A stretch of DNA of 61,987 nucleotides from Thermoplasmata archaeon (lineage in GTDB: Archaea; Thermoplasmatota; Thermoplasmata; RBG-16-68-12; JAFNFQ01), in contig JBGPQV010000015.1 of assembly GCA_041489255.1 (NCBI GenBank), positions 1 to 61,987 of the forward strand, written 5' to 3'. Positions 36,148 through 46,102 of the stretch are shown piece after piece (the stretch's first letter is position 1; every line of letters starts with the position of its first letter). The position numbers were made by a program, and so were the translations under genes. The notes under the pieces were generated by a model that saw only the letters and a program-made list of their open reading frames with translations, did no database searches and was not told the origin of the DNA.

Positions 36148-38490
36148 ATGAATTCTGAGAGATATCGTGTGAATGCGAGATTGATTGGAGCGATGGTGAT
36201 TGCGGGAGCGCTGAGTCTCGGCCCTTTATTTGGGATGCCGGCCAGTGCGGAAGGCGTGCCTGACAACTACGCATCTCTCGTGTGGCAGAGCGACAAGATG
36301 GGGACCGGATTGTACGGAGCGATGGCAGCAGATGTAGACGATGACGGCATGGTCGAGATTATCACCGGGAACACAGAAGGCTTCGTGAAGACATTCGATG
36401 GAGTCACAAAGCAACTCGAGTGGACGAGCGCCTATCTAGGAAGCAGCGTGCATTCGATCGCCGTTGACGACTTGGACGGCGACGGCTCGACGGAAGTCGT
36501 GACCGACAGCATGGTGAGCCTCGACGAAGGTTACGTCCATGTCTTGAGCGGCACAACGGGAATGTTGGAATGGAAGAGCGGTTCCCTGGGCGGGGCAATA
36601 CAGACCGTGCTGGTCGCGGATCCGGACAATGACGGTGTCAAGGAGATACTGGCGGGCCAAAACCATGGCTACCTGTTCGTGATCAATGGAGTCACGCACG
36701 AAATCGAATGGAGCATTGGCGACATAGGCTCTCATCAAATAGGCATGGCGGTCGCTGATGTGGATGACGATGGGACTCCCGAGATACTCATTCAGACTAA
36801 TTACGTGCAGATACTCGTCCTCGACGGGATAACGAAGGCAGAGGAGTGGCGGACATCCGACCTCGGCGAATACATCTTCGGTATCGCCGTCGGAGATATC
36901 GACAATGATGGAACAAAGGAGATAGTCGCGGGGGAATACTCCGAAGGCTATCTCTGGGTAATCGACGGCATGACTCACTCGGAAAAATGGATATGGAGAC
37001 ACGGCGCGACTGTTGGCAACTGGCAGAGCGTCGTTCTTCGAGACTGGGATCTTGATGGTGGCGTGGAGATACTCGTCGGGACTCAAGACGGTTATGTGTA
37101 CGTCTTTGACGGCGTCACCGAATTGGAGGAATGGCATAGCGACGATCTTGGCTCGAACGCCTACGGGCTGGATGTCAAAGACGTCAATGCGGATGGCAGG
37201 GATGAAATCCTGATCGGTACCTATGAAGGCGAGCTGTTCCTCTTCGCCTCTCCATTGCCTGTCTGCGGCTGGGAGAGAAGGGCGCCGATGCTCACCGGTA
37301 GCGCAGGCATCTATTCGGCCACCGCCACGAATGAAGGCAAGGTCTACGTCATCGGTGGCTACAACGGTTCAGTCGGGCCGTACCTATCGCGCCTTGACGT
37401 CTATAATCCCGCCACAGATACATGGACCCGTCTTGCCGACCTCCCGTACGCCCGCGGTGCGTTGGAAGCCGTCGCCTTGAACGGCAAGATCTACGCGATC
37501 GGAGGTTTTGCAGGAGGGCCAATCAACCGCGTCGACATCTATGATCCAGTATTGAACACTTGGACGCCGGGTCCCCCCAATCTCTTTCCAAGAGTCGACT
37601 CGGCCGCAGCCGTTCTTGATGGCAAGATCTACGTCATTGGAGGCGCGCGAGGCGGGAAGTTTACGACTGAAGTCTTCGATCCAAACACGAACACCTGGTC
37701 CTGGGGACCTCCCCTCATTCGGCCCAGAGCGTTCCTCACCGCTCAGGCAGTCAACGGCAAGATTTACGCTATAGGCGGCATAGACGTCGATGCCTCGGAT
37801 ACGGTATGGCGTACGGTCGAGGAATACAGCCCGACATCCGGGCCTGGATGGGTTGAGAAGGCGGGCATGGCTGTGCCCAGAATAGCGATGCCGTCAGCCC
37901 TGGTCGGAGGCCGGATTTTCGTCTTCGGCGGAGAGTCCATCGCCGGAGGACGACCGAGGATAATACCGCTCTCAAGCATCGAGGTATACGATCCGAGCGC
38001 CAACTCCTGGTCGTTCGTTTCCTGCGCTCTGCCCGTCCCAACGGTGGCGGGGGGAGCCGCCTCAGTCGACGGAATGCTCTTCTTCTTCGGAGGCGGGCCT
38101 GAGATGACGCCGTTCTCAACAAACCAGCGACTGCTATTTCCACCGAGAGTCTCCATAGACATCAAGCCCGGCAGCTATCCCAACACGATCAACATGAAGG
38201 AGAGGGGAACGGTCCCCGTGGCGATACTCTCAACGCCTTTGTTCGATGCGCCCAGTTCGGTGAAGCGTGATTCCCTCACCTTCGGGCACTCGGGTGCTGA
38301 GCGGAGCCTCGATTTCTGCTCGCCCGGGCCCAAAGACGTGAATTCCGATGGCTTGCTCGACCTCGTCTGTCACTTCACCGTGCGGAAGACAGGATTCGTG
38401 ACCGGCGATATCGAGGGCATCCTTCGCGGACAGACTCTTGATGGAGTGAAGTTCGAAGGGCGAGACTCGGTGAGAATCATCGGAGGATAG
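36148..38490 (+). CDS. Secreted FG-GAP/VCBS repeat + Kelch propeller protein
   Basis: Signal peptide; about 7 D.D.DG..EI repeats; 6 Kelch repeats (GKIY.IGG...YDP..NTW); C-terminal IDIKPGS.PN.IN domain. Confidence 0.9.
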   Translation: MNSERYRVNARLIGAMVIAGALSLGPLFGMPASAEGVPDNYASLVWQSDKMGTGLYGAMAADVDDDGMVEIITGNTEGFVKTFDGVTKQLEWTSAYLGSSVHSIAVDDLDGDGSTEVVTDSMVSLDEGYVHVLSGTTGMLEWKSGSLGGAIQTVLVADPDNDGVKEILAGQNHGYLFVINGVTHEIEWSIGDIGSHQIGMAVADVDDDGTPEILIQTNYVQILVLDGITKAEEWRTSDLGEYIFGIAVGDIDNDGTKEIVAGEYSEGYLWVIDGMTHSEKWIWRHGATVGNWQSVVLRDWDLDGGVEILVGTQDGYVYVFDGVTELEEWHSDDLGSNAYGLDVKDVNADGRDEILIGTYEGELFLFASPLPVCGWERRAPMLTGSAGIYSATATNEGKVYVIGGYNGSVGPYLSRLDVYNPATDTWTRLADLPYARGALEAVALNGKIYAIGGFAGGPINRVDIYDPVLNTWTPGPPNLFPRVDSAAAVLDGKIYVIGGARGGKFTTEVFDPNTNTWSWGPPLIRPRAFLTAQAVNGKIYAIGGIDVDASDTVWRTVEEYSPTSGPGWVEKAGMAVPRIAMPSALVGGRIFVFGGESIAGGRPRIIPLSSIEVYDPSANSWSFVSCALPVPTVAGGAASVDGMLFFFGGGPEMTPFSTNQRLLFPPRVSIDIKPGSYPNTINMKERGTVPVAILSTPLFDAPSSVKRDSLTFGHSGAERSLDFCSPGPKDVNSDGLLDLVCHFTVRKTGFVTGDIEGILRGQTLDGVKFEGRDSVRIIGG

Positions 38491-38577
38491 AATAAGAATC
38501 GGTATCTCCCGCACTGTCGTGTGGCGCGGCCCGCTCACCCCGTCCAGCTGCAGGCCTTCTCTCCTCTCCTTGCAGAG

Positions 38578-38771
38578 CAGCGGCGGGTGTCCTCCCGCTC
38601 CTTCACGTACTCCCTGATCGAGTCCCACGCGATCTCCCCCGACTGGAGCTTCTTGAAGCGGTCCATGACGAAGGGCCACTGGCGCTTGCCCATCCTGGCC
38701 GACTCCGTGATGATCTTGGCGTACTGCCAGTACATGAGGTCGTTGAGCGTCCGGACGGCGGCGGGTGGCAT
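38578..38771 (-). pseudogene. HNH gene 5' fragment
   Basis: MPPAAVRTLNDLMYWQYAKII...IREYVKEREDTRRC, broken at the first zinc-knuckle Cys. Confidence 0.75.
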
Positions 38772-38993
38772 AATCTCTCTCTGATCCGTGATGAAAACGG
38801 GGTAATGGCCTTAAAGCCTCGTCCCGCTCTCACTGAAGGAGGATACGGATAGGATACACCACATGGGCTGGTCGATGGTGGGCAAAGCGAGGAGGGAAAA
38901 GATGGTCGTGATGAGTCTGGAGAATAACGGGTCCAAGGCCACGTCCCCAGGCGAGGATAGAAGGCCATTGCCGAACCCGCCAGAGAGGACTGT

Positions 38994-39158
38994 ATGAGGC
39001 GCTTGGAGCTAGTCAAGAGGAAGCACAACCGGGAAAAGTTGCATGGCGGGGTCGAATAGAAGACGCCCTCCGTGGTCTACAACGATAAAAAAGCTGATGA
39101 GGAAGGCCGCAATCAAGCGTTGAGGGCTGCCATATGTCCTACCACCCTACGATTAACA
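38994..39158 (+). mobile_element. Remnant 3' end of an IS481/IS3-type transposase
   Basis: KHNREKLHGGVE*KTPSVVY (yN..r.H..l..kTP..vy motif) with an in-frame stop; ends in ...ACA. Confidence 0.4.
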
Positions 39159-39617
39159 TCGAAGAGTTGACACAGACACATCGAGGAAGACAAGTATGGG
39201 AGCTGATATTCCGCGCAAGAACCAGGAAAGAATGTTGAGTCAGATGCTGGAGGAGCGAGAGTCTCGGATGTCGTACTCAAATGACGCCCGCTCGGTGATT
39301 CATACCATGCGAATTGCAGCATGCTCTCTTAGCCAGGAAATTGGCTGACAATAGTGCCGCCTCTAGGACGGGCGGAGCTCTTGATTCTCACGGCATGGCT
39401 GAGTTCAACATAATTGCCTCACACGCAATGGATTCGATTTCGGGCAGATTCTGTGAATCCGAAGATGATACCGCGAACAGTTACCGATCCGAGTGTGGCA
39501 AGGCGGAAATCTGAAAAACAACGAATCATCTGAACAAGGGTGCATTGAATGTGCGGATGATATATTGACGCGAAGGTTTAATATCAACTTACGTGATTTC
39601 GCCCAAGAGGTGAAAAG

Positions 39618-39797
39618 ACGCCCACTGTGGCAATCAGTGAGTCTTCTAAAGACTACCTCCAGACGCTGCGCAAGAAGATATCCAGCAAGTCCATCCCCAC
39701 GACAAAAGAAGCGTTGGAGCAGAGCCTTGCGTTCATAAAGGAGAATGAGAAAAAGTTTATGAATTGGATGCGACATCGCAGGAAGGGGGCGGAGTAA
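39618..39797 (+). CDS. Small ribbon-helix-helix-like protein (missed by the ORF track)
   Basis: (T)PTVAISESSKDYLQTLRKK...TTKEALEQSLAF; SD GAGGTGA at 39607, ACG at 39618 or GTG at 39627; TTTAATAT box upstream. Confidence 0.55.
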   Translation, partial: TPTVAISESSKDYLQTLRKKISSKSIPTTKEALEQSLAFIKENEKKFMNWMRHRRKGAE

Positions 39798-39835
39798 ACG
39801 ACGCTAGTCGTCAGACATGCTCTTGGTGACAGGAT

Positions 39836-40930
39836 ATGACAGCACCTGAAATGAATTTGACTGATGAACAAATAATCAGGTTTCTTGTTTGCGAGATTCA
39901 CCGTCTCGCTGAGAGTGATGTGTCAAATTCGGCGGTGCGGAAGTCGCTGTTCCTCCTTACGAGAGACCTTCCAAAGGAGAATAGAATACGAAAAGCTATT
40001 CCATTTTATTGGTTCTATCGTGGGCCAATCTCTGATCCTCTTGACCTCGTGCATTATTCTATGGAGAAAGAGGGCAAGATCCAGAGAGTCACCACGAGCG
40101 AAGAGGCGAATCTATACCGTTGTATTGTCGAACCCGATCTCGTAGTTCAGAAACTGTTTAGCGATGAAGTAAAGGATTTGTCGAAGATTGTAAGGGACTA
40201 CAATGTCGGCGCTCCAAATGGTTTGGAGAGATTAATGGAGAAGTGTTATGAGCGGGCGCCCCCCTTCAGTAAATGCTACAACATCGATTTTCGGAGGAAA
40301 TATCGTGGTCTGTACATGGCTCTTTTGTTCGTTGAAGACCAAAAGACTTGGCGGCAACTCATCGATGAGTCAATAGCTAGCCTCTCTGAATGTGAAAGAG
40401 CACTCCCAACCTATGACGAGTTCAAGACATTCAATGCCTATTTCTCCATATTCGTTCGATGTTACAAGCAAGCATTCTACTCAGAAAGGATGAAAAATGA
40501 TGCTGACGCCCGAAGGATATTCGCCGCCCACACGCGGGAACTAAGGGATGACATCTGGAAGACTTTCGAAGAGATTTTCCGTACGTGCGATGACGGTCAT
40601 GATCCTGGATATGAGGAAAAAATGCGGGAATGGATCCTGTATGCGAACGATACAATAATACTTCTGGGACAATACATCGCGTTTTATATGAACTATGTGC
40701 AAAGGAATTTCGGTCAGGGTCCTGAGCTTCGAGATACCTTGGATATCATGCCCGTCAAATCTGCCGAAGAACATCCATCACTAACGGTAATACGAATGAT
40801 CGCGGAGGGGAGACAATTACCAGAGCAAATGGCTGCAGCTGAACGACACGTTGAGTCTGGATGCATGGTGTGCAAAGCCAATCTTGAAATATACCGGAAG
40901 CTGGGCAAATCGCGCCCCATTTCCGCCTGA
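39836..40930 (+). CDS. SocA/DUF4065 (Panacea)-like N-terminal domain protein with a C-terminal zf-HC2-like motif
   Basis: KSLFLL...IPFYWFYRGPISD; C-terminus HPSL...ERHVESGCMVC. Confidence 0.55.
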   Translation: MTAPEMNLTDEQIIRFLVCEIHRLAESDVSNSAVRKSLFLLTRDLPKENRIRKAIPFYWFYRGPISDPLDLVHYSMEKEGKIQRVTTSEEANLYRCIVEPDLVVQKLFSDEVKDLSKIVRDYNVGAPNGLERLMEKCYERAPPFSKCYNIDFRRKYRGLYMALLFVEDQKTWRQLIDESIASLSECERALPTYDEFKTFNAYFSIFVRCYKQAFYSERMKNDADARRIFAAHTRELRDDIWKTFEEIFRTCDDGHDPGYEEKMREWILYANDTIILLGQYIAFYMNYVQRNFGQGPELRDTLDIMPVKSAEEHPSLTVIRMIAEGRQLPEQMAAAERHVESGCMVCKANLEIYRKLGKSRPISA

Positions 40931-40965
40931 GCTTTTCAAGTGGGGGTGGTTCCTCGTCGTTCAAC

Positions 40966-42228
40966 GTGGTTCATTTTGGCGCCGGCGCTTTCGGACTCGG
41001 GTTTGTGGGTGACCTGCTCTCGGGTCGTGGGGAAAACGGGTTGACTATCGTTTCGCACAAGCCTTCTGATGTCTCCGAATCGCTCGGCAAGCATTGCTGT
41101 TATGATGTCCTATATCGTGATATTGGGCAGAAGCGTCGGGTCAGAATTCGCGGGGCGATTACTGCGACATCCGACAACTCCTCTGACCTTGACGGCCTTC
41201 TTGAAGATGAAAGGACAGTCTTGATCACGACGGCAGTCCAGCCATCCAACTTATGCAGAACAGCGCCTGTCATGTATCGCGGGCTCAAGAAACGGCTCTC
41301 TAAAATTCCAACATCCCCATTGCTGATTTTGGCGTGTGAAAACATGACGAACAATAGCACCGCGCTGGAGCGAGAAATACGCAAATACGCCGCCATAAAA
41401 GGTGATTTCGATTTCGGGACTCAATTAGGACACTCTGCCATCCGGTTTAGCGATACAGTCGTCGATAGGATCTGCCATAAGCCCGCTGTGTCCGACCAAG
41501 GAACCGTTGAGGTCGAGGCAGAGGATTACTATGGGTGGGTGCTTGATGTTTCCGGGGTACAGGACGTTCATCGCAAGGTACTGAGCGAGTTGCTACCATC
41601 CGGTGCGATACTGGAGAACTCACGAAACCGGTTCGACGGACACTCAGACATAAAGTACTGGCTTTTTAACGGCATCCATCACGCGGTCGCCATAGAGTCG
41701 CACGTGTGGAACTTAGCCAACGTAAGTGATGCGCTCGCCAACCCGGATGTACACGCATTGATACTTCAGTTGCAGACGGAATTCGCCAAGGCATTTATGA
41801 CCAAGCACAAAGACATAGCTGGAAGCCCGCCCTTTGACCAACCTTCGCTGGACCTAGTGAATTCGCAGTTCATTCGGCGCGTCATCACGTCGAATGACCT
41901 AGCAGACAGAATTCTACACGACCTTCTATCGTTTGGAAAGATCGGTGGATATCAACCGAATGCGTTAATCGAACATGCCATGACAACCTTTGACCGCGAC
42001 GCTGAGGGTGTGCGTTCTAGCCTTCTTTCGGCCCTGGGCGAGCTTTTGCGTAGGGAAGCCTCATTTTTCGTGAAGCTCAGGGAGCGACTTCTCGATCCGA
42101 TTAAGTTATTGACAGATCACGGTGAAGGGATTCGCTGGATTCCCATCCTTATTCGCACATTGCTAGAGGTCGACAAGCTCATCGATCTCAGGGCTGCATA
42201 TTGGAATGAAGCCCTGCCCACCAACTAG
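40966..42228 (+). CDS. Mannitol-1-phosphate 5-dehydrogenase-like (MtlD-fold) oxidoreductase
   Basis: VHFGAGAFGLGF, ITTAV, ILACENM, FSDTVVDRI, EDYYGWV, KYWLFNGIH. Confidence 0.75.
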   Translation: MVHFGAGAFGLGFVGDLLSGRGENGLTIVSHKPSDVSESLGKHCCYDVLYRDIGQKRRVRIRGAITATSDNSSDLDGLLEDERTVLITTAVQPSNLCRTAPVMYRGLKKRLSKIPTSPLLILACENMTNNSTALEREIRKYAAIKGDFDFGTQLGHSAIRFSDTVVDRICHKPAVSDQGTVEVEAEDYYGWVLDVSGVQDVHRKVLSELLPSGAILENSRNRFDGHSDIKYWLFNGIHHAVAIESHVWNLANVSDALANPDVHALILQLQTEFAKAFMTKHKDIAGSPPFDQPSLDLVNSQFIRRVITSNDLADRILHDLLSFGKIGGYQPNALIEHAMTTFDRDAEGVRSSLLSALGELLRREASFFVKLRERLLDPIKLLTDHGEGIRWIPILIRTLLEVDKLIDLRAAYWNEALPTN

Positions 42229-42985
42229 TCGGAAGTCTCCAAAACGGTGGGATTACCTTCGTTGGGTGTCGGATCACATCCATTTTGGGAGTGAGTCATG
42301 GCTGTATTGTATCAGGTTTTGTGGCCGCCTGAGTTATCAGGACTGATGTCCGCCCTAGCGGTAATCTTCGATGGTCGGGGAGGACATGAGGAGGCTGGTC
42401 GCCAGGATGATGCAGCTCATGTTGTTTTATGAAATGAGGCTCGAGTACACGGTGGCGCTGACCCTCTTGCTGACTCCCGAGTACCTCCAATCCCAATGGC
42501 TGCGGACAAAAACGACGAACCATCTGGAGGGGCTATTGAATCCGCGTTACGGGCGCTCTCGGCGGGAGTTCGTCCTTGGCAGCGAGTACATCCATGTCGA
42601 GAAGGCGCTCTCCGGCCATTTCGTGAGATACCTCCCCGAGAGGGGGATGTCGCGCTTGAAACAGGGCCGGAAGTCCAGTCAGGCGCGCTGGGAGCGAACC
42701 TACTCGTGCGCGGAGTTCGCGGCATTGGCGGAACGCGTCGCGATATGGGATTCTGCCTGAATCCTTGGGAGGACGGTGGAGAAGGCGGAGACCGGGGCCT
42801 ACATCAGGGGCGAGTCCTTGGATGATGCGGAGACAAGGCGGGCTAACCGCGGAAAGCCATCGAATCTCTGGCTTCTCGACATAGAGGGATATTATTCACC
42901 GCAGCCGCGTTGATGATCGAAACAGACGATATGACGGTTGTCATTGTGAAGCGTAATGCTCTAGATCGGTGACTTCGTGTCGCCA

Positions 42986-43075
42986 CTGAGGATTACAGTC
43001 GCGATCCCGTCCAGGCACAGCGGCGACAGCTTCCCCTCCGAGCTCTCGTGGATGCACGTCTCCTTCAGGTCGCAC
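42986..43075 (-). pseudogene. HNH gene 3' fragment
   Basis: gtcgcgatcccgtccaggcacagcggcgacagcttcccctccgagc... nearly identical to 35478-35555. Confidence 0.85.
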
Positions 43076-43116
43076 CCAGAATGGAACCCTTGCCGCATCT
43101 CGACTTGCTTTGAGAA

Positions 43117-43941
43117 TCATCGGGGCGCTAGGAACTCGGCTGTAATTTTGGCAATCTCCTTTTCCTTCTTGCCCCGTGGATGCGGAGCCAATATCCAGTG
43201 CCTGCCTTCGCGGTCTTTTCCCCAGATTACACCATAAGTCCTCGACTCGACCTTCTTGCTTTCCAAGACGTCTATGCCAAAATACTCAGCAAAACTACCG
43301 GATGGTGGATTTCCGGGATCTCCGAAGAATTCTTCGCCCGCCAAAACTACAATGGCTTCTGGGTCGAGCTTTCCGATTTCCATTCGCAGAACGGCCGCAG
43401 ACCTATTCCCGGTCTGTTGATATTCTCTCAACTTCCCAGATGGATTCCCGCTTTTGACTTGCGATTCCTTGTCCTGTGGGTCCATGGTCGGCGATACCTT
43501 GTAGAGGTTAGTCCAATAAATCGTACTCCAGCCATCATAGTCCCTCCAATGGACGTCTTGATGCTCGGAGTTCCTGCGTATATCAATGACCTTTCTAATC
43601 GTGCGCCAGAATTGTGATTTATATACTTTCCATTTCTTCTCCTTGGTGGGCATCGTGTGGATTTCCTCTCTCAGCCAATCCATTCGATTGCCCTCAGAGT
43701 AACCTTGGCTCTTGTCAACGAAGGATTTGACATCACTCTTCAACGCATATACGGTGCTATTCACCACCCAACCATTCACGGCCCTTCCGACAATCATCAG
43801 TCCATTCCTATAATTCCGACCGCGCATGGGCCAGAAGTACGTAAGTTTAATTTCTTCGTCCAACTGATTGGCGAGGTACCCTAAGAGCTCGATGTATGCT
43901 TCCCTGTAGGCATTTCCCAGCAAGCAAGAGTCGGATTCCAT
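43117..43941 (-). CDS. Uracil-DNA-glycosylase-fold hypothetical protein
   Basis: LMIVGRAVNGW, SQFWR, IYWTNLYKVSP, LRMEI..LDP.AIVVLAG, ILAPHP. Confidence 0.6.
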   Translation of the reverse strand: MESDSCLLGNAYREAYIELLGYLANQLDEEIKLTYFWPMRGRNYRNGLMIVGRAVNGWVVNSTVYALKSDVKSFVDKSQGYSEGNRMDWLREEIHTMPTKEKKWKVYKSQFWRTIRKVIDIRRNSEHQDVHWRDYDGWSTIYWTNLYKVSPTMDPQDKESQVKSGNPSGKLREYQQTGNRSAAVLRMEIGKLDPEAIVVLAGEEFFGDPGNPPSGSFAEYFGIDVLESKKVESRTYGVIWGKDREGRHWILAPHPRGKKEKEIAKITAEFLAPR

Positions 43942-44162
43942 AGGGATTCAGATATCGCATCATCTAATTATATTTCTTCGCTCCGTCCCTGCCGAGCATC
44001 GCTTTATCACGCGGGTAGTCTTCCCCGCCTACGATTTCTTTCGCAGATACATCGGTGAGATACCCATAAGCCACCTCCCACCAACATCAGTCACGTGGTC
44101 GAACAAGGGTCGCGATGCGGAGGGAAAATGCCTTTCTGTAGGTCTCAGGGGGTGAACATGCG

Positions 44163-44531
44163 ATGCTGACAGATGCCGACGCGATCGCCTTTGTCAAGAA
44201 GGTAATCGAACTTCTGGAGGGCGAGCGCAAGGCACTGAAAGCAGCCGGTCTCGATGTGGACTTCATGCTGAGCACCCTGACAAACCTGCTAGAGCAGGCA
44301 GCCGCCACGGAGCAGCAGCAGGAGGCCGCAAAGAGGCAGACCAGGGCGTCGACGGAGTCCTGGCTGGCCCTCAAGCGGAAGTCGTACGTCACCGCGTCCG
44401 GTTATCTGGACATGGCGATGGCGGCGGTCTCGAAGGACAGCGCCACGGCGAAGAACTTTCGGCTGATCAGGAGCGCCATGCACCGCCCGATGAAGGGCGA
44501 GGCGCCGATCATCACGCCCGCGAAGGTGTAG
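44163..44531 (+). CDS. Array-associated all-helical protein B (122 aa), function unknown
   Basis: SD GGGGTGA; paralog of 31551-31931 sharing AL..AG.D.D.M, QE..KRQ, Y...SG..D..M.AV.K.S..AKN.R..RS. Confidence 0.8.
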   Translation: MLTDADAIAFVKKVIELLEGERKALKAAGLDVDFMLSTLTNLLEQAAATEQQQEAAKRQTRASTESWLALKRKSYVTASGYLDMAMAAVSKDSATAKNFRLIRSAMHRPMKGEAPIITPAKV

Positions 44532-44562
44532 ACGAGCGCTCCACCCAGAACGGGTTGAAGCC

Positions 44563-44606
44563 CAAGGCCCCCGCAAGGAGGCCACTTTTTCTTTTTTCGT
44601 TTTTCT
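44563..44606 (+). terminator. Hairpin + T-tract terminator of helical gene B
   Basis: CAAGGCCCCC-GCAA-GGAGGCC-ACTTTTTCTTTTTTCG; same flanks as the gene A terminator. Confidence 0.75.
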
Positions 44607-44662
44607 AGTGCTTCATGAATTCTCTGAATTGGCGGGAACACCGCACGACATGGATTGGTGCC

Positions 44663-44977
44663 CGCCACATTCGCCCTAATTGCCTCCACAAGTGGCGGTG
44701 AATGTTCTGCATGTGGAGGAGGTTGCTCCACATGTTGCGGATTTTCCTCCACATGTAGCAGTGGTTCCTCCATATGTCGCGCAGGTACCGCCACGTGTTT
44801 CCGACTCTCCTCCGCATGTTGCAGAGTCAGTCCTGCATGCGGCGGAGGGACCTCCACGTGTTGCGCAAGTCCCGCCATATGTTCACAACTCACCTCCACG
44901 TGTGGGGGAAGTAGCTCCACATGTTCCCGAAGTCAATCTGAATGTTGCGGGAAGACCGCTATATGGAGTGCGTCTTG
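44663..44977. repeat. 21-bp-period array B, 15 units, core CTCCACATGT + 11-bp variable linker
   Basis: Units in exact 21-bp register from 44663 (cgccacattc) to 44957 (cgctatatgg). Confidence 0.9.
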
Positions 44978-45095
44978 ATGAGACAGCTTGAATCCTGTGC
45001 CCGAACGCATCGCAAGTGTTTCAAACACAGAGCCTTGCTGGTTTCCGACCGCTTGATGTTACATGAATAGTCCTAAGTATTGATCCCGGATATCG

Positions 45096-46061
45096 GTGTC
45101 GGGGATAAACTTGGGAGACCTCTTTCGAATTGGTCGTTCTGGTGAGCTTGAACCCATTCCATCGAGTCCGTTTGCTGACGAAACAAACGACCTGGAAGAG
45201 TTCGTGAAGAGACATCCTCACTTATTCGGCGACCTTGAAATACTTGAGAGCCAAGTGAGGGGGGCATCAGGCAATAAAATCATTGATATACTGGCCCTTG
45301 ACACAAAGGGGGCTGGTCAGGTTGTTGTGATGGAATTGAAGAACATCTCAGTGGAGAAGGAGGTATTGACCCAAGCCCTCGACTACGCAGTCTTCTTGAA
45401 ACATCATCCGGACTACTTGCGATCACGTGCGGAGAAATGGATTCGCGACCATCCCGATTCTCCACTGAAAGCCAAGAATGTTGAGTTGAGTCCAAGAGCC
45501 ATGATTATAGGTCCAGAAATCTCGCAGGATGCGGTTCTGATAGCTTCTGAAATCAGCATCCCATTCTCTTTCGTGACGCTCAATCGCTACAAACTCGGTG
45601 AGGAAACGTACTGCGTTACAGAGTACATCGAACCTGAAGAATCCAAGATTCCCGCAATCACCGCCCGCGTTGATTGGACGTGGGAGGGTTATATCGAGCA
45701 GATGGAGCGTCCAAAGGAGCAGGTCGAAATTGCGAAATCGGTCGCAGAAAGGCTCGACGCACTCATATTGGAGCGGCGCTGGGAATTGAACGCGAAATTC
45801 AATAAGGGCTATGTCGCCTACAAACATGGCTCACGCATCGTGCTCTGGCTAGACTTGACATACTATGCGAAAGACGTGCGTCTAGGCGCGTACTTGGATC
45901 GTGAACCATCTCGACAAGACTTAGACAGCGTCACGGGAAAGTATGAAAACCGTTGGAGTCCTGATGGCGAATTCTGGTACGTTCGGATCACTTCTACGGA
46001 TTTCGACCCGACATCAATAGCGGATTTGTTGTCCAAATCGTATCAGTTCATAGTCGGCTAG
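45096..46061 (+). CDS. NucS/EndoMS-like PD-(D/E)XK nuclease with a DUF5655-like C-terminal domain
   Basis: DLEEFV...P, IDILALD, VVMELKN, QALDYA; C-terminal NKGYVAYK. Confidence 0.75.
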   Translation: MSGINLGDLFRIGRSGELEPIPSSPFADETNDLEEFVKRHPHLFGDLEILESQVRGASGNKIIDILALDTKGAGQVVVMELKNISVEKEVLTQALDYAVFLKHHPDYLRSRAEKWIRDHPDSPLKAKNVELSPRAMIIGPEISQDAVLIASEISIPFSFVTLNRYKLGEETYCVTEYIEPEESKIPAITARVDWTWEGYIEQMERPKEQVEIAKSVAERLDALILERRWELNAKFNKGYVAYKHGSRIVLWLDLTYYAKDVRLGAYLDREPSRQDLDSVTGKYENRWSPDGEFWYVRITSTDFDPTSIADLLSKSYQFIVG

Positions 46062-46102
46062 TTGCATGAATGAGGTAGTCAATCAAGGACTCCTGCCTAC
46101 GT

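Noticed and set aside
35840-38577. One HNH gene simply interrupted by the Kelch gene
   Set aside because: The 3' half has its own copy of the HNH start/upstream region (35837-35895), so these are two separate copies.
42371-42760. 129-aa ORF with RTKTTNHLEG, reminiscent of an IS256-type transposase
   Set aside because: Only one short motif, with no recognisable DDE core or ends; at most a remnant.
35373-43132. Recurring GAATCATCGG at ~35373, 38474 and 43113 as an att-like site
   Set aside because: Short, and two copies lie within coding ends; no consistent position relative to cassette junctions.
30755-44977. Calling the 21-bp arrays CRISPR or TIGR arrays
   Set aside because: Repeats (~10 bp) and linkers (~11 bp) are too short and degenerate; no cas or Nop-domain gene is present.
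44402-44991. Heptad HVE/PHV or Cys-rich ORFs across array B
   Set aside because: Several frames are open, none has a clear SD or start, the minus HVE frame has a stop inside the array and runs through the terminator. Some wobble-like variation in that frame means coding is not fully excluded.
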